Source: Eledone cirrhosa
Lineage: Eukaryota
NCBI GenBank assembly: GCA_964016885.1
Contig: OZ024742.1
Span: forward strand, 119,536,001-119,600,000
Direction of reading: 5' to 3'
DNA: 64,000 bases
This document shows positions 1 through 12,465 of the stretch, piece after piece. Positions within the stretch are counted from its first letter, which is position 1. Every line of letters starts with the position of its first letter. Position numbers and translations under genes: made by a program. The notes under the pieces were generated by a model that searched no databases, was not told the origin of the DNA, and saw nothing but the letters and a program-made list of their open reading frames with translations.

Positions 1-48
1 ACATTTTATTACTAATTATATCTAAATGTTTCTTCTCTCTTCATAATG

Positions 49-77
<29 letters not shown>

Positions 78-81
<4 letters not shown>

Positions 82-860
82 ATATATTATATATCAGTGT
101 GGTCCTCAGCAAGACAGCACAACCAGACGTAGTCCAGGAATTGGAGTCGGATGTCCGACACAACAGACGACATCAAGCGCAGGTCAACCTTCGGGCAAAC
201 TTTCTTGAACCAACACCGTCACGCCTCGCAATCAAACAGCGGCGTGTGGCTCAATTCAATTCCCTCCACATCAACCGGTACTTTTCTTGATGAGTTCACT
301 CGCATCGGAGTGACCCAGAGCTTCGACATCCGCGTGGATCGTTGTGGGGCGGTGTGCACTCATTATCCTGCTGTCATGGCGTAGGTCAATTCCATCGACA
401 CGCCGTTCTGAACCACATAATCAGAAAATCCCTCAACGCGGTAGGCTTCCCATCACAACTGGAGTCAGCTGGCCTCGGCTGTGGTGATGGTAAGCACCCA
501 GACGAGATGACTCTTCCCATTCGAGGGAGGTGAATCCCTAATATGGGATGCCATGTGCCACCACTCGTCCTCAGCCTCCATTCTTGTCGCCTCGGTCGCA
601 AACCCGGGGACCACTGTCGATAACAAAATACCGGGGCTTGAACGATCGCTTCGTTTTTGCGCTGATCGCGGTCGAGATCTCTGGTGTCCTCGGTCCACGA
701 ACTGCTGATTTCCTCCGCAAAATCGGAAAGACAACAGCCTGCCTTAGGAAGGATCCCCGTGTGGTGGGGTGGCTGTTGCCGTGGGTATGGCCTGCGACTC
801 TCCGCAGCAATATCTTCGCCATTTTATCCGTGGGCGCAGCTGAAACACCGCGCAGATTAG
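78..860 (+). mobile_element. CRE-type non-LTR retrotransposon, 3' fragment (restriction-like endonuclease region), frameshifted
   Basis: Successive frames give SGVWLNSIPSTSTGTFLDE, SLSC..GQFHRHAVLNHIIRKSL..LESAGL..DGKHPD and KYRGLNDRFVFALIAVEISGVLGP, matching the RH/PD..D/E layout of CRE-clade RLE domains; GC- and CpG-rich relative to flanks. Confidence 0.7.
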
Positions 861-1580
861 GGTGTAGAATCTGTCCCCCCCCCCTTCCCTTTCTTTAGTT
901 GCTTAATTTCTTTTTCGTTTCCTTATTGCTAGATATATTGTACACTTTTTACCACAGTTTCCTCTTTAGTTTAGTAGCATTTTGGCGTTGTCATTAATTA
1001 CAGTTATGGGATTACTACTTGAGAGCCCATGATGACAAAATTAAGCTGATTTTATCGTAAGAAGTAACATATACGAGCTTGCAAAAATTGCAAGCTTGTA
1101 TATGTTACCTCTTGCTCTGAAAATGGTAATGTTGGTGGTTTTGCATTATAATTTATGAGTTCCTAAAGTTGATTATTAAATTTTATTTTTTGTTTGAGTA
1201 AGTTACTGTTACATGAATCATTATAACAGAAACGATTTTGAATACCTTTAAATAAATATGTAATCGATATCTTTATAATGTTTATATTAATTCCTTTTAA
1301 AAGATTAACAAAGAAGATGTCTTCTAGGGTGGGAAGGAAGGTCTCTCTCTTCTACGTTTACACCCTTTAATCTGCAGAGTGTTACACCTCTAGAGAAGTC
1401 CTGAGTGATTTCCAGTTATGTAGATCAGCACGTTTAAGCACTAGGGACAGAATTATATTACACCGGAGGACTAGGAAATGATATATACTTCGTTTCTGCT
1501 TCTACGGGATGAATCCAATGTGTTTTGTGAATTTCTCTGTCACCTATGTTTTTATTGCTCCATTATTAATGACTATCAAT

Positions 1581-1758
1581 GGCGGTGGATTGGTATAGGG
1601 TTGGACATGCTTTCCAGTATAGTTACGTTCCTTTACGATCTGAGTTCAAATCCCGCCAAGGTTAACTTTGCCTTTCATCCTTACAAGGTCGATAAAATAA
1701 AGTACCAGTAATGTACTGGATAATTGTTGGCCTTGTGCCGAAAGTAGAAACAATTATT
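1581..1758 (+). mobile_element. tRNA-derived SINE (family 1)
   Basis: B-box GAGTTCAAATCC, body TTTGCCTTTCATCC..GTCGATAAAATAAAGTACCAG, 3' end GTAGAAACAATTATT; ATTATTAATGACTATCAAT occurs on both sides (TSD, overlapping the tail). Confidence 0.85.
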
Positions 1759-1783
1759 AATGACTATCAATAATGATTAAAAT

Positions 1784-1975
1784 AATAATTGTTTCTACTT
1801 TTGGCACAAGGCCAGCAATTATTGCAGTGTATTACTGGTACTTTATTTTATCGACCTCATAAGGATGAAAGGCAAAGTTAGCCTCGGCGGGATTTGAACT
1901 CAGAATGTAAAGGGAAATAACTCTATGCTGCAAAGCATGGCGTCCGACCCTTTTCCGATACTGCCAATCTACCGA
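1784..1975 (-). mobile_element. tRNA-derived SINE (family 1)
   Basis: Reverse complement of the same consensus, with A-box-like TGGCAGTATCGG and B-box. Confidence 0.85.
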
Positions 1976-3399
1976 CTATAATTACAATAGCTAAAATAAT
2001 TAAAATAATAATGCAATAACAATTATCAAAACCGACCAATCGGCAATATAGCTGATATGACCGATACCAATTACCGGCCAATATATCAATGCAACCCTGC
2101 TCTTAACGAATTTCTCATGCAGAATAAGCGTCATACGTTATGTGAGAAGGTTAGCACTTTGCAGTAGATTGGATCCGATGGCTTTCCACGCAGTTTCTAT
2201 CCACTCAATTTCACACACAAAGCCTTTGTCACCTCAAGGCTATGACAGGTCAATTTTTCGTATTTCTCTTCCTCTCTCTCACTCGCTCTCTCTCTCTATC
2301 TATCTTACACACATACTCTCTCTCTATCACACACATTCTCTCTCTCCTCTCTTTCGGAAGAAACCGGTGCTCAGACCTGGAGAGGGTACGGGCTCTTCAA
2401 GGTTTAAAACATTTCCAAGACACGTTGTATGTCATCATAGTGCTCCCCTCTATGCATCTTTCAGGAGTTACGGGTCAGGTGGAAGGATTACAAAGGAGAG
2501 CTAGTTTTTAATTTAAAAGAATTAGAACAGTGAACAAATTCATTCTCTCTATGTTTTAACATTTTCAGATAAGTATATACTTTACTTAAGGTAACAAACT
2601 GGCAAAGTCGTTAGGTCAGATAGAATGCTTTACGATATTCAATGTGGTTCTCTGCTCTCTGTTCAAATCCCACCGAAGTCAACTTTGCTTTTCATCCTTT
2701 CGAGATCGATAAAAACAAGTACCAGTACGATTCTTCCCCTATATATTTTCCTCACTACCCCTCTCTCACTTTCTTTACAAAGAGCTAGTTTTGAATAAAA
2801 ATAATAATAAAACGTTGAACAAATTAATTCTCCCTAAAGTCATTCTTGCGTTTTAACATTTTCACACCCGTATATACTTTACGTAGATTCAATATTTCAA
2901 TAATTCCTTCTGGTCCTGTACTCTCCAGAACAGTGTATGGAACTAATAGGGTTACATGCACCCTAGATGAGACATTACATTTGCTTCTCAGTTTGTATTC
3001 TGTAATATTCATCTATCCATCATCCTTCCTATAAACATGCTTAGTTATCTACACCTATTGATTTATTTATCCACTCGTGTATTATATTTATCTGTATGTT
3101 GTGTATAAGTATGATTTATTGGACAATGTTATAATTGTATAATATATATGTAGTTGTATAATCCATGCAAGAAAGCGGCATAAAACATTATCACACAATA
3201 ACAAACCTTTATCTACCTCCATTCTGCCTCTTCTTGCCAACTTGGCATAGTTATCAAATTCGTTTGGCACAAACGCAGTTACAAAGTTCTATGTAATACA
3301 ATTTTATACAAAAAGAAAGCCAATAGCGATTGGCTTACCTTCTCTTTGCCTTTGCAAACGTTTCCGTGTATATATATATGTATATATATATATATTTCT

Positions 3400-5300
3400 T
3401 TTTTTAATTCATGCCAACTCCATTCGTTTTCCAACAGAAATTGTAGCCAATCCACAGAGTTGATCTGTGTTCATTGATGATCGGAGATAAGTTATAGTAA
3501 ATTTAAGTTTAGAAAAACTCCTCTCACCGCATGCAGAAGTCATTACGATATTTGTCACAAAGGTTTTTAATTTTTCAAGAACATCTTTTGGAGAATTCAC
3601 TGCTGTAATTTTGTTCGCACTGGTTTTCAACTCGTCTGTCAGTCCTAAAGTATTCATGCTAGAATGTCCATTCTATTCCAATTTCTGACAAATTTCGAAC
3701 TCCTTCATAACTGACCATCAATTTAACAATATCATACAAAAAACAAAAATACTAAAGACTTATTTTATCTTCTTGTTCACATCTTTCTTTGGCTGTGCAA
3801 ACTAAAATTCAAGTTGAAATCTCAATTAGGTTTGAAATACTATAACTATGCAGTATTTTTCTTTTTTCGAATTCGTTTCTCGATTTCGAATGTTGTAGAA
3901 GTTCCAACTTGACTGCTAATTCATGTGGATGACAAATATATTATCTTTTCAATGCTTCTTCGAATCTACATTCTTGTAAAAGTTTCTTGTTGATTTCAGT
4001 TGTTAAAGAATCAAACACATTAGCACTGTTAATTTCATTCAGAGTGCAAAGTAACAAGACTGACAATAAATTTAAATTTGAAAATGATCTGTGTAGGGCT
4101 CTTTATTTGATATTGGGTTGTAGTTCCCAAAGGTCCAGTAAGAGAAACATCTTCAGTTTTAAATAATGCGTTGTTTTTATGCCATAGTTGTTCACCACTC
4201 AAGCTCCTCATTTTGCAGTAGTTTCCAAAGTGGGTTCAGCAAAGGAGTGTCTGGGATTCCGTGAAAAAAGTAGAGGAGTATATTTATATTACATCCATAT
4301 AACAGTACTAGACTTAGGGGTTCCTCCAAAAGTTTCTGAACCAAGAAAGGTTCAGCGTTTGAAAACGTTTGGGAAACCCTGCCTTAGTGTTTTGGGTGTA
4401 TCATTTTCTATATATTTTATGAGTATACTCCAGCGGCGCATCGCACAGAAAGACTAGTCATACAACTCTTCTACCAAGTCAAACGATATTGTAGCTTCCA
4501 TACAACATGGCGCTTTATCATTTACAACAAAATTTCATAAATGTGCAGTGCAGGAAACAAAACATGTCCTTGGGAACTGATCTAAACACCGTATCTGAAT
4601 GCCCCCTGTGTTTGTCTTTTATGTTGCTTCTATTATCATTGTATTGTTCTAGCATGTCATACTACTTCAGGAAAACCCGTTAAACCGTGTCAGTATGTAC
4701 TCTGTTAAATAGCACCCGTTGATACATTTGTTGAAATGAATTCAAGAAAATATTCTATGTTCGCAGTTATAGAATGAAACATTGAAGAATTCATATCTCA
4801 CCTTCTTTGATCATGAGTCCCAATGCTTTCCATCTGTAGTAATTATTTATGTGATTGTTTTTTCCTGCGGCTCTAATAGTAATGCAGCGTGGTGCCACTC
4901 TTTAGAGTCCTTGTCAGATGGTGGTAAGCCTCTTATTAAGTGGTATTAATAAATATCCAATCGGTGGATAAATGATGGTTTAAAAGAATGTTTGGAAACA
5001 GAAGTGAAAATGTTTGGTGTACATAACTTGTTTATTCTCTAGTCTTCAGTGGAACAAAAATATTGAATCACTGGAAAGCCTCAGTGATATGAATGACCAG
5101 TTAGTTGTATGGCTCAAAGAAACTATTTTCCAATCTTAGTTTAAAGCAAGTCTGAAATCAGCGATAAAAACATCACCAAAACAAAATGGCACCCATCATG
5201 ACTGACAATGCTCTCTCTCTTGTCAAGGGCGGTCATTGCATCTATACATTTTCCATTACACTCAGAAAGTCTTAGCTTCTATTAAAAGGTAACAATTATC
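3400..5300 (-). mobile_element. Decayed hAT transposase remnant
   Basis: ORF 3409-3657 gives TSACGERSFSKLK..YLRSSM..L.GLA.ISV, the hAT C-terminal dimerisation motif; upstream extent is approximate. Confidence 0.6.
4216..4381. mobile_element. hAT-like MITE nested in the hAT remnant
   Basis: Imperfect TIRs CAGTAGTTTCCAAA / TTTGGGAAACCCTG. Confidence 0.45.
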
Positions 5301-5639
5301 AACACTGTTACACCCAATGGAAGGAAATGAATAGAAATATTTGAGAAATTTGAGGAATCATTGACATAGAGCTTGAAGTCCAAATTGTACCAGAAAAATA
5401 TAAACCACAGAATGTCCCATTGCGTAAATATTTTAGTAATTCAAAACATTTCATTGCGTGCTCGCAATAAATTCCAAAGATAGAAGGAAAACACAATTTT
5501 GGAAATTTTGTCGGGTTATTAAAATTGCTGTCAAACTGTGATTCTGTAATGAAATAACATCTCAATAATGTGGGAAAGAACCTTGGGAAAATATCATATT
5601 TATCTCTGTTAGTGCAGAATTAATGTATTCAGCCGATTA

Positions 5640-7000
5640 CTCCTATTGTTTACCATATAAAATTTATAAGGCCAACTATTTTATTCTCGTTGATTCTACT
5701 TCACACGCAGCACCTCAAGAATAAACGACAAAAACAGTTCCCATTATGTTGATATCGATTTTAAGAAGAACCCAATTTTTCTCAAAAAAAAACAACATAT
5801 TTTCTTAGATTTACCCAATTGAAACGAAACGGTAATCTAAATATGCTGGACGTAAATTTGGAACAAATTTTAGAAGACAAAATGCAGCGAGAAGATTGTT
5901 GTACGCAATATTGCAATTATAGCAAGTTATTAAAGTGGTGTTCAACAAAGATTAATGAAATATTTGCAAAGATGTTCTAAACTGCGATATTCACTCTCTT
6001 AGGCTGGAGTGAATGTTGCTAAACCTGATTTATGGAAGGTGAGTTTAATCTGTGCAATTGAGTCTTCATTCTTTTCCTGCTCAACTCTCCAAAAATTGAA
6101 ATGTGTCATACCAATAGGTTTCAAATTTGAAACTGAAACTTGAGGAAGTTCCAGAACAGAGAATAGCATAATGGAACTTTTGCGAAATATTATTATTGGG
6201 GATCAAAAGAAAATTCTGCTACAAGGGATAAACAAAATAGATGCTGAATCAAATTTTCACTTTTAATTTCTTAGTTTTGCTTGAATTTTGGAGTTAATTT
6301 CTTGTTAGAGTCACAATGTTAAAAAACAACTTCATCGTAATATTCTGAATCTTCATGATGCAGTTTGGTATTTAAGGACCCTTCAATGTTATTTTTAAGC
6401 AGTTCATAACTATTGCTAGGTGGATAACTTGAAGCTGAGCTGATAAATGAAGACTCAAGTAGAGATATTTCCCAGAAAGAAGAAACAAATACCAAGGATG
6501 TAGGGTTAACTGCGAAAGAAGAAATTATGAGAATAATGAAAGAAACTATTCATCGTCTCCAAAACGATGAAAGAAAGGTTTGTACGTCTCCATGACTTTG
6601 GTTCAAAATGTTATTCCATTTAGATACTACAGGGTTGTTATTTGACTCATAAATATGCTAAAGGAAGTTTGTCTCAACCTTGGACAATTCAAAAGTACTG
6701 AGATAGACGGATGTAAGTTTTATGAGGAAATCTTGGATTGAAAAGTGTTTCAGAAAAGTCGCTAAACATTCAGATTTCTGAGACAGGAATTCCTAAAGAT
6801 TATTGTTCAGTATTGAAATAAAAATGTTTTTTATTACAAATTCGTGTTATTCAGTTAGTGCTAACTATTGTAATCTCCATTGTGATAGTGCTAACTATTG
6901 CAATATCTCATACTGTGAGCAATCTTTCAGCAAGTTGACACTGATCATATATTTGAGGGCTTCATTGAGCCAAGAAAGTTTATCGGCTTTAAACATAAGA
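5640..7000 (+). mobile_element. Second decayed hAT transposase remnant
   Basis: About 6905-6990 encodes SYCEQSFSKLTLIIYLRASLSQESLSAL (hAT dimerisation motif); 5' extent is approximate. Confidence 0.55.
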
Positions 7001-7237
7001 AAACTAGTATTAATAATGCATTTGCACCATCAAAATGAAGTAAAGTACACTTTTAAAATGAAGCTCAAAATAATTCATGAAAATAGCCAAAAATAGGTGC
7101 AACCAAAGCACTTCTTTTAATGTTGTATATATAATTAGAATTGTCTCATTTCAATAAATGTATCTTGCCTTGCTTTACTTGTAAATGTATTGATAATTGT
7201 TTTAATGTATATTTTGTTTTACATATGTATTATAATA

Positions 7238-7575
7238 CAGTGGAACCTCGGTTCACGAACTTAAAATTCCTTCCTGAAGGCCGATCGTCACCCGAAATGT
7301 TTGTAATCCCAATCTATTTTTCCCATACGAAATGTGGAGAGAGAAATCAGTGAGAGAGACTGCGTGTGAAAGACAAACAGATATCACCATAGTAACTAAC
7401 TACACAGCAAGTGACGATTTCCCACCAATACTCCTAGCTTGTCGCCAACCGTTGTTGCCGGCTTGCTTGTTCGTTACTCAAAACATCCTTCATCACCCGA
7501 CCTTTTGTGTTTGGAAAAATTGTTCGTGAACCGATTTGTTCGTGATGAGAAACGTTTCCGAACTGGTTCTATTGT
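7238..7575. mobile_element. pogo/Tigger-like MITE remnant
   Basis: TA|CAGTGGAACCTCGGTTCACGAAC left end; degenerate right end with TTCGTG repeats. Confidence 0.5.
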
Positions 7576-7898
7576 TTAGCTGACTAATAAATTCCAGTAC
7601 CATAATAAGATTAGCTACTATTATAAACAACACTGGCTTTATGGATACCATTTGTTGATTTGCCCTGGGTGAGATGAACTCTAGTTCCATTCTTGTATAG
7701 AGCTGTTGTGGGTAATTCTTGATATAGTATTTTTACTGTCTATGATGTGGTACGTCTATTTTATTAAATATACTGATTGGTAGTTGATGTTCTTTGGTAT
7801 TGTTAGAGTTGGTAGAATGAGACATTTTGTTTCTTTGTTACGGGTCAAGTTTCTAGGTGGTTGATGTGGGTATGTGATTCTGGAGTCTGTTATTGTAT

Positions 7899-8092
7899 CA
7901 GACCTCCCAACCTCTAAAAACCCAAACGGAGAATACCATGAAAAAAAGTGCCCCAAAACGGGGAGAAATTATGCAAAATTGGGAGATTTTACATAATGAA
8001 AGCTATACCCATTTTGACAAGAGAAGACATCTCCAACCCACCCCAAAGCGGGTGGCAGATCTCTCCGTCCGATAGGGAGAGTTGACAGGTCT
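7899..8092 (+). mobile_element. About 195-bp MITE (CAGACC-terminated family)
   Basis: TIR-like ends CAGACCTCCCAAC / GTTGACAGGTCT; further copies at 8433-8631 and 46377-46569. Confidence 0.7.
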
Positions 8093-8432
8093 TTTGTATA
8101 CAGAAAACTCAGGGAAGCCATTCCAAAATAAAGGTCTTTGGAAATATGACTCTTGCAAAGTCTAACACTATTCGGAAATATAGTTATCAAATAAATGTAT
8201 ACATTAGTCTCTTAATTCTTTTCCTTATAAATTTCATTTCCCCATTGTAATCTCAATGGTTTAGAATTGCAAACATTTTTTAGGCTGATGCCATGATCCA
8301 GTGCTTGATATTCTCTGAGTATGCGAAGCATTTGTAATGGCTATTTTAAATATTTTACAGGTGTTTTAAGTCTATTAAGTATAATTTACCATATAAAAAC
8401 ATGTACTATTTGACACAAAATATAAACTTATT

Positions 8433-8631
8433 TAGACCTGTCAACTCTCCCCGTCAGACGGGGAGATATCCTTCCCACTCTAGGATAGGTGAGAGATGTC
8501 TTCTCTTGTGGAAATAGATATAGCTTTCATCATGTAAAATCTCTCCATTTTGCCTCATTTCTGCCCGTTTAGGGGACCACTTTTTTTCATGGTACTCCCT
8601 ATTTTGGGTTTTTAGAGGTTAGCAAGGTCTG
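8433..8631 (-). mobile_element. About 195-bp MITE, inverted copy
   Basis: Reverse-complement similarity to 7899-8092 along its full length. Confidence 0.7.
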
Positions 8632-9389
8632 TTTATTTCACAGTATTAGATTTAGAACTAAACAAGCAAGGGTCAAATGCGTGCTAAAATAATAAATGAT
8701 CCCAATAGTTTTTAGCCGGGCTCGAATACCAGATTCTTTCTGGGAGGAAAAGTAAGTGTTTTTGTTTTTAATACTTTTCTGGACTATCATAATAAGCAAT
8801 TCATTTTGTAAACCTACGAGAAGTTGCGCCATTTCTGCTTTTCTTTCAAAAGCAGCATCGTGAGAAAATGAAATGACCTAAACCGGTTTTGGCTCACCAA
8901 AAACTTGATGTATGTTTTCCCGTATTCACTGTATTTTCAAAATAGTTAATTCCTTTGACGAAGTACAAAATCAATGGAGGACGGGTATAATCAATCGGAT
9001 CGATTGAAAGATATTATGGATACTTAGTCTATCGATATTATAGCTAGATTCACCGCCAAATGTATATATGAAGACTGAAAACCTATAGAACTTTCTGGAT
9101 GCTCAATATCTAATTCCAATGATAAGAATCATGGAGAAATTGATTGTGAAAGATGTAAGAAGAAGTCCGAAGGTAAAATATGACCAACTTCAAATCTTTA
9201 GTTAACTATTGAAATTACCCCAACCAAATAATCTTTATATAGCTAAGGAATTGATATCAAATCAGGCATACTCTTGTAATTTGCGCAATCACAAGTCTAA
9301 CAGGATTTGGGGTAGGTGAACAAACATAAATAAAGCTTAAGATAATGATCTGGTTCAATAATTCGTGGGAGGTAGGATATGAGTGTATG

Positions 9390-9542
9390 TGTGCGCGTAT
9401 ATGTATATATATATATATATATATACATATACGCGCACACATATGTATGAATGTATATATATATATATATATATATGTGTGTATGTATATATATATACAC
9501 ACACACATATATATATATATATACATTCATACACACACACAC

Positions 9543-9605
<63 letters not shown>

Positions 9606-9847
9606 TAAACAAATAATGAACAAACAATTCCTTATATTAAACAAAAAAAGTTCACAATAAGGAATTGTTTGTTTAATATAAGGAATTGTTTGTTCATTAT
9701 TTGTTTAATATTTTATCTTGACTCTGTATACCGTTTATCTTTCACCGAAATTGGATTTTCATTACATCTCTTCTTTCCATGATATCCGGAATACATTGAG
9801 TTCTTCATACGGATTGGACACTACCGTAAACTCTTGGTAGATTTATC

Positions 9848-9903
<56 letters not shown>

Positions 9904-9920
9904 CACACATATACGTACAT
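9390..9920. repeat. (TA)n/(CA)n microsatellites flanking a 49-bp perfect inverted repeat (9597-9645 / 9668-9716)
   Basis: Direct reading; the arms are exact reverse complements. Confidence 0.9.
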
Positions 9921-11059
9921 ACATATTGAAACAGTCATTTTCCTTTTCCAGCAAACGTGAAACTAATAAGACTTTGTTATGGTGTCTCCATATTCGGCTT
10001 GTTTATTTTGAACTATATATATATACTGTACCGTTTGTGTTGTTATTTCTGTTTACCTTTTACACACTCACACACATATATATGTATAGTTGACTTCTAT
10101 TTTCTGTGCATTGGATATGTTCAGAAAAGGCATTGTTGCTGCTTATTCCCAGGTCAACTCTATTACACAAGACATACAAGTCGTGACTATTTAAGCCTTT
10201 TTGTGAGTACAGTAACTAATATATCCTGTTGTATGTAAGACGGTGAGGAACTGATTTGAAGGAGATATCGCTACTATTTTTAGCAGTTTGAACAATCACA
10301 TAGATGCTCCCTAAAGTGTAAGTATAGGTGAAATTTTGCTTTTATTTGCGACTAAGGAATATTCTCAATTTATGATGGTTTAAGCTGGGCGATATCATGT
10401 CTAGAGTAGATATGAATGAGAGTGAAATAAAAGATAAGAAAAAGAAACAGTAAAACTTTAAAGGAAATAAACAAATAAGTGGATACTGTAGAGAATATTG
10501 GGGTAATATCAATATATGATACTTCTAAAACAGCGGTTGTCAACCTAGGGCACGTAAAGATAGTACTTTGGGTCCGTGAGCTAAATACAAATTTCCAAGT
10601 AGTTTGTTATAAACATAATATACCCATGCGACTAGGTATCTATTCTTCTCTGAATATAAACATTCCTCTTTTCTTTTTATTGCTGTTCTCGTTGTAGTGG
10701 AGGGTCTATGAGAAAATTCACTTAAATAAAAGGGATCCTTGGTAGAGAAAATAAGTTGAAACTCACAATTGTAAATGATGAATGCCCCCCCCCCCCCCCC
10801 CAATGATGCTAGCTGATGTTAGTGGTGTGTACTATTAACCTTCTATTTTCATCCAATCCTATTTTCTGTTGTAATAATAATTTCCTCACAAGGAAGCAAA
10901 GAGTTTGAAATATGAATCGAAATTATTTATTATCTTTCTTTTAGAAGAAACAGGTGGGTATTTTAAAAAAGAAGGCAATAAAAAAAAATGAATTCATTTT
11001 ATGTACAAATCGAGGTATTCTATAAAATTTAAATACACACATATACGCCCCCCCCCCCC

Positions 11060-11478
11060 CACACGTGTGTGTGTATATATATGTGTATATATATATATAT
11101 ATTTGTGTGTGTGTATATATATGTGTGTGTGTGTATATATATGTTTGTGTGTGTATATATATATGTGCGTGTGTGTGTATATATATGTGTGTGTATATAT
11201 ATATGTGTGTGTATATATATATATATGTATTTATATGTGTATATATGTGTATATATATATATGTGTGTATGTGTATATATGTGTGTATGTGTATATATAT
11301 ATATGTGTGTATGTGTATATATATGTGTATGTGTATATATATGTGTATGTGTATATATATATGTGTGTATGTGTATATATATGTGTATGTGTATATATAT
11401 ATATATGTGTGTATGTGTATATATATATATGTGTGTATGTGTATATATATATGTGTGTGTATGTGTATATATATATAT

Positions 11479-11552
<74 letters not shown>

Positions 11553-11663
11553 ATATATATATATGTGTATATATATATATGTGTATATATATATATATAT
11601 GTGTGTGTATATATATATATATGTGTGTGTGTATATATATATGTGAGTGTGTATATATATATA

Positions 11664-11694
<31 letters not shown>

Positions 11695-11801
11695 GTGTGT
11701 ATATATATATGTGTGTATATATATATGTGTGTGTATATATATATATGTGTGTGTATATATATATGTGTGTATATATATATATATATGTGTGCATATATAC
11801 A

Positions 11802-11840
<39 letters not shown>
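11060..11840. repeat. About 780-bp compound (TA)n/(TG)n microsatellite
   Basis: Alternating purine-pyrimidine tract that produces the spurious Y/I/C/V ORFs. Confidence 0.95.
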
Positions 11841-11842
<2 letters not shown>

Positions 11843-12180
11843 ATGATATATATTTCCGGAAGTTAGTATTCCAAGTAGGACATAAACTTTACTACATTTT
11901 CCTTATTCTTATAAAGTACTTTAATATAGGCCATTTCTTTATTTTCATCATGTGAAATAGGAAATAGGAAAATAGTTTCAGTTTGACTTTCAAAAAAATG
12001 TCAGGTAATTATGTTTAAAAATTCCAAATATCTAACAATAACTATTTATTTCAATCACTTCTACAATTGGGGTTGAATAAGTCGGTAAAGGGACATTTGC
12101 AATTATTTATCCTCTCCTAAGAATTTTATGTAACGATCCTCCAAATTTTGATAACTTTAAAGTTATTACAAAGCAGTCAG

Positions 12181-12465
12181 TCAGTTATTTAGCCTTAGGT
12201 GTCTTACATTTGTTACTTGCAGTAGCTTAGTCGTGATTATTATACGCTAAACAGGTAGTAGTAAACATACTGGGACATAACGAACTGATTATTTCCGCAT
12301 CCAAACGGACAGGTGAACTTCTATAACTTGTGTGTCGCCTGCTTTACACAATGACAATCACATGCTTGATTTAAAAAGCAACTGTGTAAGTTAAGGATTA
12401 AAAAAAAAAAAAACTTCTGTTGTTATCGATGTTTTAGAAAGACAAGCAACTTCAGTCAGGTAGGT
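12181..12465 (+). promoter_or_regulatory. Candidate first (non-coding) exon or start region of the 449-aa gene
   Basis: Unique CpG-retaining sequence with Inr-like TCAGTT at 12181 and donor CAG|GTAGGT at 12459/12460; the link to the 29034 acceptor is inference only. Confidence 0.25.

Noticed and set aside
2497-2885. Imperfect direct repeat of about 90 bp flanking a SINE
   Set aside because: Too long and diverged for a TSD and no LTR termini; most likely an old local duplication
8900-9300. Possible Tc1 transposase remnant (EKLIVKDVRRSPK)
   Set aside because: Too short and degenerate, with no paired TIRs found
11001-11955. Long ORFs of up to 279 aa (also at 9.3k, 20.3k, 49.5k, 56.3k and 62k)
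   Set aside because: They are translations of TA/TG/CA microsatellites that lack stop codons
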